From the NCBI GenBank assembly GCA_965226495.1, contig OZ245365.1:1920001-1984000 (forward strand): 64,000 nucleotides of DNA, in the 5' to 3' direction. The notes below the pieces were generated by a model. That model worked only from the letters and a program-made list of their open reading frames with translations. It had not been told where the DNA came from and ran no database searches. The stretch's first letter is position 1. Each line of letters starts with the position of its first letter. Origin of the DNA: Candidatus Marinacidobacterales bacterium. GTDB taxonomy: Bacteria > Acidobacteriota > Vicinamibacteria > Marinacidobacterales > DATDRI01. The position numbers were made by a program, and so were the translations under genes. This document shows positions 36,947 through 50,124 of this stretch, one piece after another.

Positions 36947-38074
36947 ATGAAGCTCGAGGAGCTAAAGACGCCCGCGGCGCTCCTAGATCGAGAGATCGTG
37001 GAGCGGAACACGACGCGCATGGCCGAGCGCGTCCATCGTCTCGGTGCGCGACTCCGACCGCACGTCAAGACACACAAGTGCGTGGAAGTCGCTCGGCTTC
37101 AGGTGCGAGGCCATTTTGGGGGTATCACCGTCTCCACTCTTGCCGAGGCCCGATTCTTTGCCGCCGCGGGTTTCCGAGATCTGACATACGCTTTTCCGGT
37201 GCCGCTCTCCCGAATCGAGGAGGCGGCCGAGCTCGGTCAGAGTGTCGACAATTTGAATTTGTTAGTGGATCACGAGGCGACATTTCATGAGCTGGAAACT
37301 TGCGCAGCGGCAAAAGAGATTCGCTTCCCGGTGTTCCTAAAGGTTGACTGCGGCTATCACCGCGCCGGCGTGGATCCAGCTCGAGAGGGAAGTATAGCCC
37401 TCGCATCCAAGCTGGCGAGCTCGCCGCATCTCGATTTTCGCGGAATCCTGACTCACGCCGGCCATTCGTACGATTGCCGCAACCGCGACGAGATTCTCAC
37501 CGTCGCTCGCCAAGAGCGGGAAGTCACCGCGCACTTCGCAGAGAAGCTTCGCGGGGCAGGCGTCGAGGTCGCGGAAGTGAGTATCGGATCCACTCCAACC
37601 ATGTCCGTGACCGACAGCCTGGAAGGGGTCACCGAGGCTCGCCCGGGAAATTACGCGCTCTATGACGGTTTCCAGGTGGCTATCGGCAGTTGTTCCCGAG
37701 AGGACGTGGCCTTCTCGATCTTGGTTACAGTGGTGGGCGAATACCCGGAGCAGAACAAAGTGGTCATCAACGCGGGGGGCCTCGCGTTCTCCATGGATCC
37801 CGGCCCGCATCACGTAGACCCCGGCTGCGGCTATGGCACGTTCTTCACATCCGACGGTCGACACGCTTTCCCAGAATTGCGGCTGACGTCGATTTCTCAG
37901 GAGCATGGGCAGGTTTGTGGCCTGAAGCCCATCGACTTCAAGAAGATCTCCATTGGTACACAGTTGCGCGTCGTACCGAATCATTCTTGCTTGGCGTCGG
38001 CGCTCTACGATCGGTACCACGTCGTTCGCGAGAGCGAGGTGGAAGATGAATGGAGACCGGTCCGTGGTTGGTAG
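36947..38074 (+). CDS. DSD1/D-threonine-aldolase family PLP enzyme
   Basis: RPHVKTHK, HAGHSY, SIGSTPT, RPGNY, SQEHG, PNHSC. Confidence 0.9.
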   Translation: MKLEELKTPAALLDREIVERNTTRMAERVHRLGARLRPHVKTHKCVEVARLQVRGHFGGITVSTLAEARFFAAAGFRDLTYAFPVPLSRIEEAAELGQSVDNLNLLVDHEATFHELETCAAAKEIRFPVFLKVDCGYHRAGVDPAREGSIALASKLASSPHLDFRGILTHAGHSYDCRNRDEILTVARQEREVTAHFAEKLRGAGVEVAEVSIGSTPTMSVTDSLEGVTEARPGNYALYDGFQVAIGSCSREDVAFSILVTVVGEYPEQNKVVINAGGLAFSMDPGPHHVDPGCGYGTFFTSDGRHAFPELRLTSISQEHGQVCGLKPIDFKKISIGTQLRVVPNHSCLASALYDRYHVVRESEVEDEWRPVRGW

Positions 38075-38084
38075 CGGATAACCC

Positions 38085-38504
38085 GTGGCCGCACACGCTT
38101 GCCGCAGCCTGTTTGTCTACGGGACGCTCAGAAGAGGCGCCCCCAAGGATCTCCGCGAGTTCTTCGAAAACGAGCCGAAGTTCCTAGGCCGAGCGATGTC
38201 TCCCGGACGTTTGTACGACCTCGGCGAGTATCCCGGCATGCTCGAGCCAGGGAGGGACGAGGATCGAGTGGTCGGGGAGCTCTTCGAGTTGGAGGACGTC
38301 GAAACCAGCCTCGCTTGCCTCGACGACTACGAACACGCCACCTTGGATCACAGTCGTTTGTTCGAGCGGCGCCTCGGGGAAGTACAGTTGGAGGACGGGG
38401 CAATGATTGAGGGGGTTGAGGGGGTCGAGGCCTGGGTCTACTTTTATAAAGGTGAGGTCAGCGATGGGCAGAGAGTCTTATCGGGAGACTATCTCAAACC
38501 GTAA
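38085..38504 (+). CDS. Gamma-glutamylcyclotransferase family protein
   Basis: FVYGTLRRG, LYDLGEYPG, LDDYE, AWVYFY. Confidence 0.9.
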   Translation: MAAHACRSLFVYGTLRRGAPKDLREFFENEPKFLGRAMSPGRLYDLGEYPGMLEPGRDEDRVVGELFELEDVETSLACLDDYEHATLDHSRLFERRLGEVQLEDGAMIEGVEGVEAWVYFYKGEVSDGQRVLSGDYLKP

Positions 38505-39456
38505 GCGAAACCGCTCCGCTCACATCTAAGTTGCCACCGCTCACCAGCGCAACGGTCTTGGCGTCCTTGGGCAACGAGACCTTCCCCGCGAGAAGTGCCG
38601 CTACCGTGGCGGCTCCCGCCGGTTCCGCGACGAGCTTCGCCCTTTCCATGAGCAGCGGGATCGCTTCACGTATCTCTTGGTCAGAGACGGTGACGAGATC
38701 ATCCACGAGACGATCGATGCATCGAAAAACCTCGGCATCGGTCCCCTTGGTGGCGAGCCCATCGGCAATCGTGGTCACCCGTTCGAATTGAGTCGCAGAC
38801 CCTTTCTCGCGACTCGTCCTCATGTTCGCAGCGCCTTCTGGCTCGACGCCGATGATTCGAACATGGGGCAGCGCCAGCCGTAAAGCCATGGCGATGCCGG
38901 AGATGAGGCCACCCCCTCCGATGGGAATCAGAATCGCCTCGAGGTCCGGAAGGTCTTCGAGGATCTCGGCCGCGATCGTGCCCTGACCCGCCATGATGTG
39001 GCGGTCTTTGAAAGGATGGACGTAGACTAGGCCTTTCTCCTTTGCGAGCTGGATAGAATGTGCATACGCGTCGTCCCAGAACTTTCCGTGAAGGATCGCT
39101 TCCGCGCCGTACTCCTTGACGGCTCGCACCTTGCTGCGGTTCGCCCCGTCCGGCATCACCACGTAGCCGGGGATCTTCTGGTGAGACGAGACGAACGCGA
39201 CGGCTTGGCCATGATTACCCGCCGAGGCGGTGACGATGCCACGACCCTGCTCGGTAGGAGGGAGATGAAGGACCTTGTTGAAGGCACCACGGACTTTGAA
39301 GGAGCCCGTCTTCTGGAGATTCTCAGCCTTGAGCCAGACGCGAAGCGCGGTCCTCACACTCAGCGAGCGAGAAGACAGCAGCGGTGTGCGATGGACGAGC
39401 CCGTCGATCGTGGTCCTCGCGTCATCGAAGTCTTTTTGGGTAAGCTCGAGATCCAT
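38494..39456 (-). CDS. Serine/threonine dehydratase (no ACT domain)
   Basis: KAENLQKTGSFKVRG, ASAGNHGQ, PIGGGGLISG, SGGN. Confidence 0.92.
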   Translation of the reverse strand: MDLELTQKDFDDARTTIDGLVHRTPLLSSRSLSVRTALRVWLKAENLQKTGSFKVRGAFNKVLHLPPTEQGRGIVTASAGNHGQAVAFVSSHQKIPGYVVMPDGANRSKVRAVKEYGAEAILHGKFWDDAYAHSIQLAKEKGLVYVHPFKDRHIMAGQGTIAAEILEDLPDLEAILIPIGGGGLISGIAMALRLALPHVRIIGVEPEGAANMRTSREKGSATQFERVTTIADGLATKGTDAEVFRCIDRLVDDLVTVSDQEIREAIPLLMERAKLVAEPAGAATVAALLAGKVSLPKDAKTVALVSGGNLDVSGAVSLTV

Positions 39457-39466
39457 TCCGCGTCCA

Positions 39467-40429
39467 ATGATGGATAATATCGGCGGTCTTGGGAATTATC
39501 AAAGGAACCATCTTTTGAACGTGAGCGGGTTGGAGAAACGATGTCAAGGGGGTCAGCCAGTGATCCTCGATGGTGCGATGGGCACCGAGCTTCAGAGGCG
39601 AGGCGTCGAGACACGCCTTCCGCTCTGGTCGAGTTGGGCGCTGCTCGAGGCGCCGGAGACGGTTCAGGCAGTTCACCGGGAATACTTGGAGGCCGGGGCG
39701 GATATTATTACGGCTAACACGTTTCGTACCCATCGTCGGTCACTCGCCGAGGAGGGAATGGGCGAGCAAGCCAAAGAGCTCACCCGCATCGCCGTTGAGC
39801 TGGCCCAGAGCGCGAGAGAGGAAGCGTCTGTCGAAGCTTTGGTGGCGGGCTGCATCTCACCTCTCGAGGATTGCTACCATCCGGAACGTGTGCCATCGAT
39901 GGATCGATTGAAGGAAGAGCACGCCGAGATTGCGGACAACCTTGCTTCCGCCGGCGCGGATCTTCTCTTAGTGGAAACGATGGGGACACTTGAAGAGCTC
40001 GACGCCGCCACCGAGGCAGCGCGACGAACGGGTCTCCCTGTCATGGTCAGCGTGATTCCCATTGAGGGAGCGAAGCTCATCGGTGGCCAATCGCTAGACG
40101 AGGTATTGGATCTCTTCGAGCGGCACCCCCCCCTAGTCTTAATGGTCAATTGCGCCAACCATCGCATGATCACGGCGGCGCTTGCTCATTTCTCTGAGGC
40201 CAGGGCACCGATTCCGTTTGGGGGCTATGCGAACATGGGAATGCCGGAGGACGATATGGGCTGGAGTTTCACGGACGAAGTGTCTCCAGACGACTATGCC
40301 GGCCAAGCCAGGGAATGGGTGCGGCTTGGCGCGAGGGTGGTTGGAGGATGCTGCGGGACCACGCCGGCCCACATTCGGGAGCTGGCGCGAGTCTTCAAAG
40401 GTGGCGCCGGCGACCGTGGAAGCGTTTAG
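39467..40429 (+). CDS. Homocysteine S-methyltransferase family protein
   Basis: LDGAMGTEL, VNC, GGCCGTTPAHI; start uncertain. Confidence 0.9.
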   Translation: MMDNIGGLGNYQRNHLLNVSGLEKRCQGGQPVILDGAMGTELQRRGVETRLPLWSSWALLEAPETVQAVHREYLEAGADIITANTFRTHRRSLAEEGMGEQAKELTRIAVELAQSAREEASVEALVAGCISPLEDCYHPERVPSMDRLKEEHAEIADNLASAGADLLLVETMGTLEELDAATEAARRTGLPVMVSVIPIEGAKLIGGQSLDEVLDLFERHPPLVLMVNCANHRMITAALAHFSEARAPIPFGGYANMGMPEDDMGWSFTDEVSPDDYAGQAREWVRLGARVVGGCCGTTPAHIRELARVFKGGAGDRGSV

Positions 40430-41561
40430 GCCGTTGCCACCGGATTGGTCCCAGATTCGCAGACGGTTCCCGGCAGTCGAGCGGTGCACTTACCTCAACA
40501 CGGCGGGTGGTGGACCGATGTGCGCGCCGGCGGTGGAAGAAGCCCGGCGCTACTTGGAGGAGGCACACAGCCACGGCGACGGTAAGTGGGATGAGTGGGT
40601 TGCAAGATCGGAGGGAGTCCGCCGCCACCTAGCATCCGTGCTCAAGGCAGCGCCGGAAGAGATTGCTTTCCTATCGAACGCGTCCTTCGGAATGAATACG
40701 CTTGCCGAGATGTTCGGCGGAGATGGAGAAGTCCTTGCCGCGGCCGACGATTTTCCCTCGGTAACGCTCCCATGGTTGCGCCGCGGCTATCCGGTCAGAT
40801 TTCTCGCGTCGGGTTCAGGTGGAGCGCCGGACTACAAAGAAATCGAGGAGGCGGTAGGCGATGGCACTCGGTACCTGGTAATCAGTTTCGTACAGTTTGC
40901 CACCGGCTTTCGTTACGACCTGGCGCGCTTGGGAGAAATTTGTCGCGCTCGGAACATGCTGCTGGTGGTCGATGCCACGCAGGGCTTCGGTGCTTTTCCC
41001 ATTGACGTGCAGCGTGGTCGCATTGATGCGCTTGTGTTTAGCTGCTACAAGTGGACCACTGCAGGCTATGGAATCGCTCCGCTCTACGTACGAAAGGAGA
41101 TACTAGAATCTCGATCTCTTCCTCTGGTTGGTTGGCGAAGTGCGCGCGTGCCTTATGACCTAGTGTCCAACCGGCTGGACTTGACCAGCGAGGCGCGCGG
41201 ACTCGAGTTGGGGCATATGCCTTTCGCGGGGGTCTTTGCACTCGGCGGAGCGCTCCGCCTCTTGGAGGAGATCGGACTCGACAACATCGAAGCTCGCGTT
41301 CAAGACTTGACCGAGGAGCTGCACGCGCGGATGGCGAATGTTGGGCTCACGCTTTTGTCGCCGCGAGAGCGAGAAAGGCGTTCCGGCATTACCGTGCTGG
41401 AAGTTCCTGAGCCGGAGAGTGTAACCAGGCGACTCCGGGAGAGAAACATCTTCGTCGCAGCGCGACGTCGTGGCTTGCGGGTGGCGCTACACTTTTACAA
41501 CGATCACGACGACATCGAACGATTCACGGTCGCGATGACCGATATCTTGAATGAGGGCTAG
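40401..41561 (+). CDS. Class V PLP enzyme (C-S lyase-like)
   Basis: YLNTAG, VDATQ, SCYKW, LRVALHFYN. Confidence 0.88.
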   Translation: MAPATVEAFRPLPPDWSQIRRRFPAVERCTYLNTAGGGPMCAPAVEEARRYLEEAHSHGDGKWDEWVARSEGVRRHLASVLKAAPEEIAFLSNASFGMNTLAEMFGGDGEVLAAADDFPSVTLPWLRRGYPVRFLASGSGGAPDYKEIEEAVGDGTRYLVISFVQFATGFRYDLARLGEICRARNMLLVVDATQGFGAFPIDVQRGRIDALVFSCYKWTTAGYGIAPLYVRKEILESRSLPLVGWRSARVPYDLVSNRLDLTSEARGLELGHMPFAGVFALGGALRLLEEIGLDNIEARVQDLTEELHARMANVGLTLLSPRERERRSGITVLEVPEPESVTRRLRERNIFVAARRRGLRVALHFYNDHDDIERFTVAMTDILNEG

Positions 41562-41572
41562 TGCCCTAGTCG

Positions 41573-42754
41573 CTATTGGCCGAGGAGGTACTTGGCGATC
41601 GTGTTGAGCTGCATGTTCGAGGTGCCTTCGTATATCTTGCCGATCTTGGCATCCCTCCAGTACTTCTCTGCCGGGAAGTCCTTGCTGTAGCCGTAGCCGC
41701 CATAGATCTCGATCACCTGCGAAGTCACGCGCTCTGCCACATCGGAGGAGAAGAGCTTGGCCATTGCCGCCTCGACGACGAACGGACGTCCCGCGTCCCG
41801 GAGCCGGGCTGCGTTGTAGACCATGAGGCGAGCCGCCTCCAGCTCGGTTGCACACTGGGCGATCTGGAACTGGATGCCTTGAAACTTGGCGATGGACTGA
41901 CCGAAAGCCTGCCGCTCCTTCGCGTAGTTGATTCCGCACTCGAGTGAGCCGCGGGCGACCCCGATCATTTGTGCGCCAATACCGATTCTCCCTTCGTTCA
42001 ACGTCTCTATGGCGATCTTGTAGCCCTTACCGAGCTCTCCAAGTACGTTGGCCTTAGGGACCTTGCAGTCATTCAAGATCAGCTCGGTGGTACTCGAGGC
42101 GCGAATCCCAAGCTTATCTTCCTTTTTTCCGACGGTGAATCCAGGGGAGTCGCGCTCTACCAGAAAGGCGGTGATGCCACGGTAGCCATCGTCGGGGTTG
42201 ATATTGGCGAAGACGATGAACAGGCCAGCCTCGGCCCCATTGGTAATCCACAACTTGTTTCCGGTCAGCCGGTAATCCTCTCCGTCCTCGAGCGCACGGC
42301 ACGAGAGCGCAAAGGCATCGCTACCCGACTCCGGTTCTGAAAGCGCGTAGGCTCCAACCGTGTCGGAGGCGAGCCGGGGTAAGTAACGCTTCTTCTGATC
42401 CTCTGAGCCGCAACGGATCAAGGCGTTGTTTACAAGGGTGTTCTGCACGTCCATGAAAACACCAAGTGATGCGTCCACGCGGGAGATCTCTTCCACCGCC
42501 AAGACCGCCATGAAAAAACTGGAGCCAGAGCCCCCGTGGTCTTCCGGGATCTCGATCCCCATCAATCCGAGCTCGAAGAATTTCGGGATGAGGGAGGGTT
42601 CGAACGCCGTTTCGCGATCCATGGTGGAGACCAGTGGGCCGATTTCTTTCTCGGCGAACTCTCGCACTATGTCACGAAATATTTCTTCCTCTTCGGTGAG
42701 GACGGTGAGGGCTCGTTGGGCGTTCTCGGCGGAGATTTGAGTGTCGGTGCTCAT
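41573..42754 (-). CDS. Short/branched-chain acyl-CoA dehydrogenase
   Basis: YALSEPESGSD, GNKLWITN, KLGIRASST, IYEGTSNMQ. Confidence 0.93.
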   Translation of the reverse strand: MSTDTQISAENAQRALTVLTEEEEIFRDIVREFAEKEIGPLVSTMDRETAFEPSLIPKFFELGLMGIEIPEDHGGSGSSFFMAVLAVEEISRVDASLGVFMDVQNTLVNNALIRCGSEDQKKRYLPRLASDTVGAYALSEPESGSDAFALSCRALEDGEDYRLTGNKLWITNGAEAGLFIVFANINPDDGYRGITAFLVERDSPGFTVGKKEDKLGIRASSTTELILNDCKVPKANVLGELGKGYKIAIETLNEGRIGIGAQMIGVARGSLECGINYAKERQAFGQSIAKFQGIQFQIAQCATELEAARLMVYNAARLRDAGRPFVVEAAMAKLFSSDVAERVTSQVIEIYGGYGYSKDFPAEKYWRDAKIGKIYEGTSNMQLNTIAKYLLGQ

Positions 42755-42776
42755 GGCAGCCTCGGGCGGTAAAGGT

Positions 42777-44942
<2,166 letters not shown>

Positions 44943-45343
44943 CCATGCCCCCTCTCCAAAATGCTGTCCCGCCGTTTCCAGGTCGAGGAATCGGCGACGT
45001 TCCCCACCTTCAACCCCACTCTCTCGATCGTGTCACGGCCGACGCCTTTTCTGGCCGCTGTCGAAAGGAGAGGCTCCTGTTGCTAGCCGGTGCGAAGAAC
45101 AGGTAGTGCCGTTCCAACCAATCTCGCCATGCACGACGGTGCCGCCTGGCTGCGCTAACGGTGACCTTGAGTTTGACTCTAGGTCGAAAACAGTTGGAAC
45201 GGTACTAGCAGCAAACCGCGAACCGATGGAATGGACAGCTCAAGCGTTCTCCATTCGCAGGAACATTATATATGAATCGACGAACCGGATTACTAGAGGA
45301 AGGTGACTCTCGACTTACCGATCGGTAAGCCAAATGGCTTTTG

Positions 45344-46552
45344 CTAGGCCGGCTTGAGGTCTGACAGTGCGAATCCGCGGAAGGAGATGAGACGTTCGAT
45401 GGACTCGTCGACCTTGACATCGGGCGTGGAGGCACCCGCGGTGATGCCGATAGTCAATCCTCCACTGCCCAACCAGTCCCGCGTCACCACTTCTTCAGCT
45501 TCATGAACTGGCTTGTGGTGAATCTCAGCAGGCGAAACGAGGCACATCGAGTCGGCGATGTGGTAGGTCGGCGAGTACTCGGCGGAGATCTCGGCGAGGT
45601 GGGTCGTATTGCTGCTGTTGTAACCGCCCAGTACCAACATCAGGTCGACCTTTTCTTGCATCAGTTCTATGATGGCGTCCTGGCGCTCTTGGGTGGCGCT
45701 GCAGATGGTGTCGAAGGAGCGGAAGCGTTCGGCGACCTCCGATTCCCCGTAGCGGCGAGCCATCGACTTGCGAAGGTCCTCCCCGATAGCAAGAGATTCC
45801 GAACTGAGCATCGTTGTTTGATTGGCCAGTCCGATCCTTTGCAGGTCGCGGACAGGGTCGAAATCGGATGAGCAAGCCGAAGCGAACTTCTCGAGGAAAC
45901 TGGTTGCGCTACCTCCGTGCTCGATATACCGGCACACCTCGTGCGCCTCGTCCATGTCTCGCACCACGAGAAAGTGGCCTCCCGGGAAACAAGAGGCGCG
46001 CGATACCGTCGCCTTCGTCTCCTCGTGCCAGTACTTGCCGTGGACGATCGAGGTAAAGCCGCTGCGGGCGTATCGCTCGACGTTCTTCCAAACGTTCAAG
46101 ACGGAGCCGCACGTGGTGTCTACCAAGACGCAGCCTCGTTCCTTGAGAATATCCATTTCCGTTGTGCTGACACCGAAGGCGGGCAGCAGGACCACATCGT
46201 CCCCCGTCACCGGCCCGAACTTTTCAGGGGTTCCGTAGGGTCCATCCAAGAAACGGATGCCCATCTCCTCGAGCCGGCGGTTGACGTACGGATTGTGGAT
46301 GATCTCCCCGGTTATGTAGATGTCACGGTCGGGGAATCGGGTGCGGGCCTCGTAGGCGTATTCCACCGCACGATCCACGCCATAGCAAAAGCCGAACTCC
46401 TTGGCGAGGCGAATGGTTAAGTCTCCAGCCTGTAAACGGTAATTGTTGGCGCGGGCCAGATCGACGATCCAACCCTTGTAGTCCTTCTCGAGGGGGCCCT
46501 TCACCTGGGACTTCAAGCCCAAGCCCTTTTGGAAAATCTTCGTTTCCGCCAT
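45344..46552 (-). CDS. ispH: HMBPP reductase
   Basis: FGFCYGV, IIHNP, DTTC, DTICSATQERQ, SSNT, TAGASTP. Confidence 0.95.
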   Translation of the reverse strand: MAETKIFQKGLGLKSQVKGPLEKDYKGWIVDLARANNYRLQAGDLTIRLAKEFGFCYGVDRAVEYAYEARTRFPDRDIYITGEIIHNPYVNRRLEEMGIRFLDGPYGTPEKFGPVTGDDVVLLPAFGVSTTEMDILKERGCVLVDTTCGSVLNVWKNVERYARSGFTSIVHGKYWHEETKATVSRASCFPGGHFLVVRDMDEAHEVCRYIEHGGSATSFLEKFASACSSDFDPVRDLQRIGLANQTTMLSSESLAIGEDLRKSMARRYGESEVAERFRSFDTICSATQERQDAIIELMQEKVDLMLVLGGYNSSNTTHLAEISAEYSPTYHIADSMCLVSPAEIHHKPVHEAEEVVTRDWLGSGGLTIGITAGASTPDVKVDESIERLISFRGFALSDLKPA

Positions 46553-46763
46553 GGAGGCTCAAGTATAGCTGCTTTATTCGCGCGGCGCGAGGTACTCGAG
46601 CACGCCGCCACCACCGGGGGGTTCCGGAGAGCGTCTCATCGACCTCGCGGTCGGCCAACTCTTGGCGTCAACATACGACGGTGCCGGTCATCGGCCTTGG
46701 TCATATAGTAGCGGCCTGCCAGTCTTGAAGTTATAATCAACGATGATCGGAGGAGGGTAGCTG

Positions 46764-47114
46764 ATGCAAGACGTTTTGATCACCGGGCCCCGCAAGAAAC
46801 AACCCAAGATGCTGGCATTTGTCGACCAAGGGAAGTGCTTTGGACGGGGATGCGAGTTTTGTATCAACGTTTGTCCGGTGAAGGACTGCATCACCCTCGT
46901 TCCGGATCCTGAGCCCGGTACGGTCGGGGAGGTCTGCGACGTGAACATGGACACCTGCATCGGCTGCCAGCTTTGTGTGAAATTCTGCCCGCCCGATTAC
47001 GATGCGGTCCACATGTTTCCCCACGACAAGGGAATGGAGCTGGCACAAGAAGAAGTTCGGACCTACGAGTATCGCCAGTACAACAAAAAGAAGGGCGGGG
47101 CCCTACCTGGCTAG
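46764..47114 (+). CDS. 2x[4Fe-4S] ferredoxin
   Basis: CFGRGCEFCINVCP and CIGCQLCVKFCP. Confidence 0.88.
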   Translation: MQDVLITGPRKKQPKMLAFVDQGKCFGRGCEFCINVCPVKDCITLVPDPEPGTVGEVCDVNMDTCIGCQLCVKFCPPDYDAVHMFPHDKGMELAQEEVRTYEYRQYNKKKGGALPG

Positions 47115-47302
47115 TTCCCGTCCCGCTGCAACAGGCTCTTCCGGCTTCATCAACGGGCGCGACCTTTTCACGCGTTCCAGCGCTTCTGGGCAGGCGGAAC
47201 AAGTGTAGTGTTTCCAGAAGTTGACCCTCCTATCGGCGCGTGCTAACTTCCGGAGTTGTTCAGCGAGTCAACCGGGCACTAGGCACCAACCAACAATCGT
47301 CG

Positions 47303-49354
47303 ATGTCGGTCTCCCAGACGGTACCAAAAGCGAAGCCTGGAGATTTTCGCCTGGTCTCGGAGTTCGAGGCCAAGGGTGATCAACCCCGCGCCATCGGAGA
47401 GCTCGTCGCCGGACTGAACCGCGGAGACCCGTACCAAGTCCTCTTGGGGGTCACGGGCTCCGGCAAGACCTTTTCCATCGCCAAGGTCATCGAGGCGGTA
47501 AACCGACCCACCCTGGTGATTGCCCACAACAAGACCTTGGGGGCGCAGCTCTACCAGGAGTTCCACGCGTTCTTCCCCGACAACGCGGTAGAGTATTTCG
47601 TCAGCTACTACGACTATTACCAGCCGGAGGCCTACGTCCCGACGACCGATACCTATATCGAGAAAGAGGCAACTATCAACGACGAGATCGACCGTATGCG
47701 GCTTTCCGCAACCCGGTCGTTGTTCGAGCGGCGAGACGTGCTGATCGTCGCCAGCGTCTCGTGCATCTACGGACTGGGCTCTCCCGAGGCCTACTACGGC
47801 ATGCTCCTGGTCGTCGAGGAGGGAGAGACCGTTGATCGCTCGAAGATCCTCAGAAAGCTCGTCGAGATTCAATACGAACGCAACGACTACGATCTGAAGC
47901 GGGGAACGTTCCGTGTTCGGGGCGACGTTATCGAGATCATCCCAGCACATGAGGATTCGGGCGTCAGAATCGAGCTATTCGGAGACGAGGTCGAGTCCAT
48001 ATCGCAGATCGATCCACTTACCGGGAAGGCCTTGGGGGCTCTGAAGAGAGTCGTCATCTATCCCAAGACCCACTACGTGACGCCCCGTGAAAGAACGGTG
48101 CGAGCCATCGAGACGATTCGGGAGGAGCTCGATGCGCACACCGCGACGCTCCGTTCCGAGGGCAAGCTTCTAGAAGCTCAACGAGTCGCGCAGCGCACCC
48201 TCTTCGATTTGGAGATGCTTCAGGAAGTCGGCTATTGCCACGGCATCGAAAACTACTCGCGGCATCTCACCGGTCGACAACCAGGGCAACCACCGCCCAC
48301 CTTGATGGACTACTTTCCGCGGGACGTTCTGATCGTCATTGATGAGAGTCATCAAACGATCCCTCAGCTTCGCGGCATGTATCACGGCGACCGCTCGCGC
48401 AAGGAAACGTTGGTGGACTACGGGTTCCGACTGCCGTCTGCCTTGGACAACCGACCTCTCAACTTTGGAGAGTTCGAAGAGCGCTTGGGGCAGGTGATCT
48501 TCGCATCTGCCACACCCGCCGCGGCACAGCTCGAGAAGACTGAGGGGGTGGTTGTCGAGCAGATCATTCGTCCCACCGGCCTCATGGATCCCCAAGTCGA
48601 AGTTCGTCCGGTCAGCGGGCAGGTAGACGATTTGCTCCACGAGATTCGCGAACGGGAGAAACGCAAGGAACGAGTTCTGGTGACTACGCTGACGAAGAGG
48701 ATGGCCGAGGATCTGAGCGAATACTACACCGAGCTCGGGGTCCGTTGCCGCTATCTCCACTCTGACATCGATACTCTGGAGCGCATGAAGATCCTTCGCG
48801 ACCTACGCTTGGGAGAATTCGACGTTTTGATCGGAATCAACCTGCTTCGCGAGGGTCTCGACCTTCCGGAAGTTTCGCTGGTTGCGATTCTGGATGCCGA
48901 TAAAGAGGGCTTCCTGCGGTCGGAGGGGTCCCTGATTCAGACGATGGGCCGCGCTGCCCGAAACGTCAACGGTACCTCTATCCTTTACGCAGATAAGGTC
49001 ACGGACTCGATGCAGCGGGCCATGTCCGAGACCAGTCGTCGTCGCGAGCGCCAGCAGGAATACAACATCCAGCACGGGATTACGCCCGAAACGATCGTGA
49101 AATCCATCGGCGCCGTCTTCGGCAGCGTGTACGAGCAGGACTATCCCGCGATCCCGTCAGTCGCCGAGGGAAGACCGGACCTTGGGACAGCCGAAGAACT
49201 CGAGAGAGAGATCAAGAAGCTGAACAAAGCGATGAAGCGGGCCTCTCAGCAGCTTGAATTCGAAAAGGCGGCCGAGATCCGTGACAAAATCAAGGAGCTT
49301 CGGCAACTCGAGCTCTTCGATGACTTGATGCCTGAGAAACCATGGAAGCGGTAA
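47303..49354 (+). CDS. uvrB: Excinuclease ABC subunit B
   Basis: [33 protein letters not shown]-terminal UVR domain. Confidence 0.97.
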   Translation: MSVSQTVPKAKPGDFRLVSEFEAKGDQPRAIGELVAGLNRGDPYQVLLGVTGSGKTFSIAKVIEAVNRPTLVIAHNKTLGAQLYQEFHAFFPDNAVEYFVSYYDYYQPEAYVPTTDTYIEKEATINDEIDRMRLSATRSLFERRDVLIVASVSCIYGLGSPEAYYGMLLVVEEGETVDRSKILRKLVEIQYERNDYDLKRGTFRVRGDVIEIIPAHEDSGVRIELFGDEVESISQIDPLTGKALGALKRVVIYPKTHYVTPRERTVRAIETIREELDAHTATLRSEGKLLEAQRVAQRTLFDLEMLQEVGYCHGIENYSRHLTGRQPGQPPPTLMDYFPRDVLIVIDESHQTIPQLRGMYHGDRSRKETLVDYGFRLPSALDNRPLNFGEFEERLGQVIFASATPAAAQLEKTEGVVVEQIIRPTGLMDPQVEVRPVSGQVDDLLHEIREREKRKERVLVTTLTKRMAEDLSEYYTELGVRCRYLHSDIDTLERMKILRDLRLGEFDVLIGINLLREGLDLPEVSLVAILDADKEGFLRSEGSLIQTMGRAARNVNGTSILYADKVTDSMQRAMSETSRRRERQQEYNIQHGITPETIVKSIGAVFGSVYEQDYPAIPSVAEGRPDLGTAEELEREIKKLNKAMKRASQQLEFEKAAEIRDKIKELRQLELFDDLMPEKPWKR

Positions 49355-50124
49355 TCAGTGGCGCTTCGGTGCGCCTCAAACGTACGATTCTCGGTATCCA
49401 AGAGTTCACACTCTTGTCTTTCCGCGCGTTCCGAAATCTTTTTTCTCCTCCCCGGTATTGGAAGGACACTTTCGATATGATGGATATCATCGGGGTAGGC
49501 TCGGTGACCATCGTTTGTCTGACCGGACTATTTACCGGAATGGTACTCACCGTGCAAAGCTCCGCCACTCTAGACGCCTTTGGCGCGCGACCTTACGTGG
49601 GACGGATGGTTTCACTTTCGATGATTCGCGAGCTGGGACCGGTCCTGACATCCCTGATGGTTGCCGGCCGAGTCGGCTCCGGTATGGCTGCCGAGCTCGG
49701 CTCGATGGTCGTGACCCAGCAGATAGATGCGATGCGTTCCCTGGGCACCGATCCCATCCGAAAGTTGGTTACCCCAAGGATGGTGAGTGGGCTGGTGATG
49801 GTTCCGGTTCTGACCATCTTGTCGGATGCGGTCGGAATGTTGGGGGGATTCTTGGTAGCGCGCTTTACGTTACGCTTGGCCACCGAGTTCTACTGGCACT
49901 CCGCGGTCGATGCCATTCGGATGCAAGACATCTCGATGGGGCTCATAAAACCATTTGTCTTCGGGTACATTATTGTTGCGGTCGGATGCTATGTGGGACT
50001 TGGTACGCGCGGTGGAACCCAGGGGGTGGGCGTTTCGACGACACGCTCGGTGGTGATGGCCTCGGTTTTGATTCTGGCTGCTGACTATATCCTCAACTTA
50101 CTCATCCTTCACTTCGTTTACTAG
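49342..50124 (+). CDS. mlaE: MlaE-type ABC permease
   Basis: [32 protein letters not shown]. Confidence 0.92.
   Translation: MEAVISGASVRLKRTILGIQEFTLLSFRAFRNLFSPPRYWKDTFDMMDIIGVGSVTIVCLTGLFTGMVLTVQSSATLDAFGARPYVGRMVSLSMIRELGPVLTSLMVAGRVGSGMAAELGSMVVTQQIDAMRSLGTDPIRKLVTPRMVSGLVMVPVLTILSDAVGMLGGFLVARFTLRLATEFYWHSAVDAIRMQDISMGLIKPFVFGYIIVAVGCYVGLGTRGGTQGVGVSTTRSVVMASVLILAADYILNLLILHFVY

Noticed and set aside
44943-45343. 400-bp intergenic region as a possible ncRNA
   Set aside because: No recognisable RNA family motif or strong structure seen by eye.
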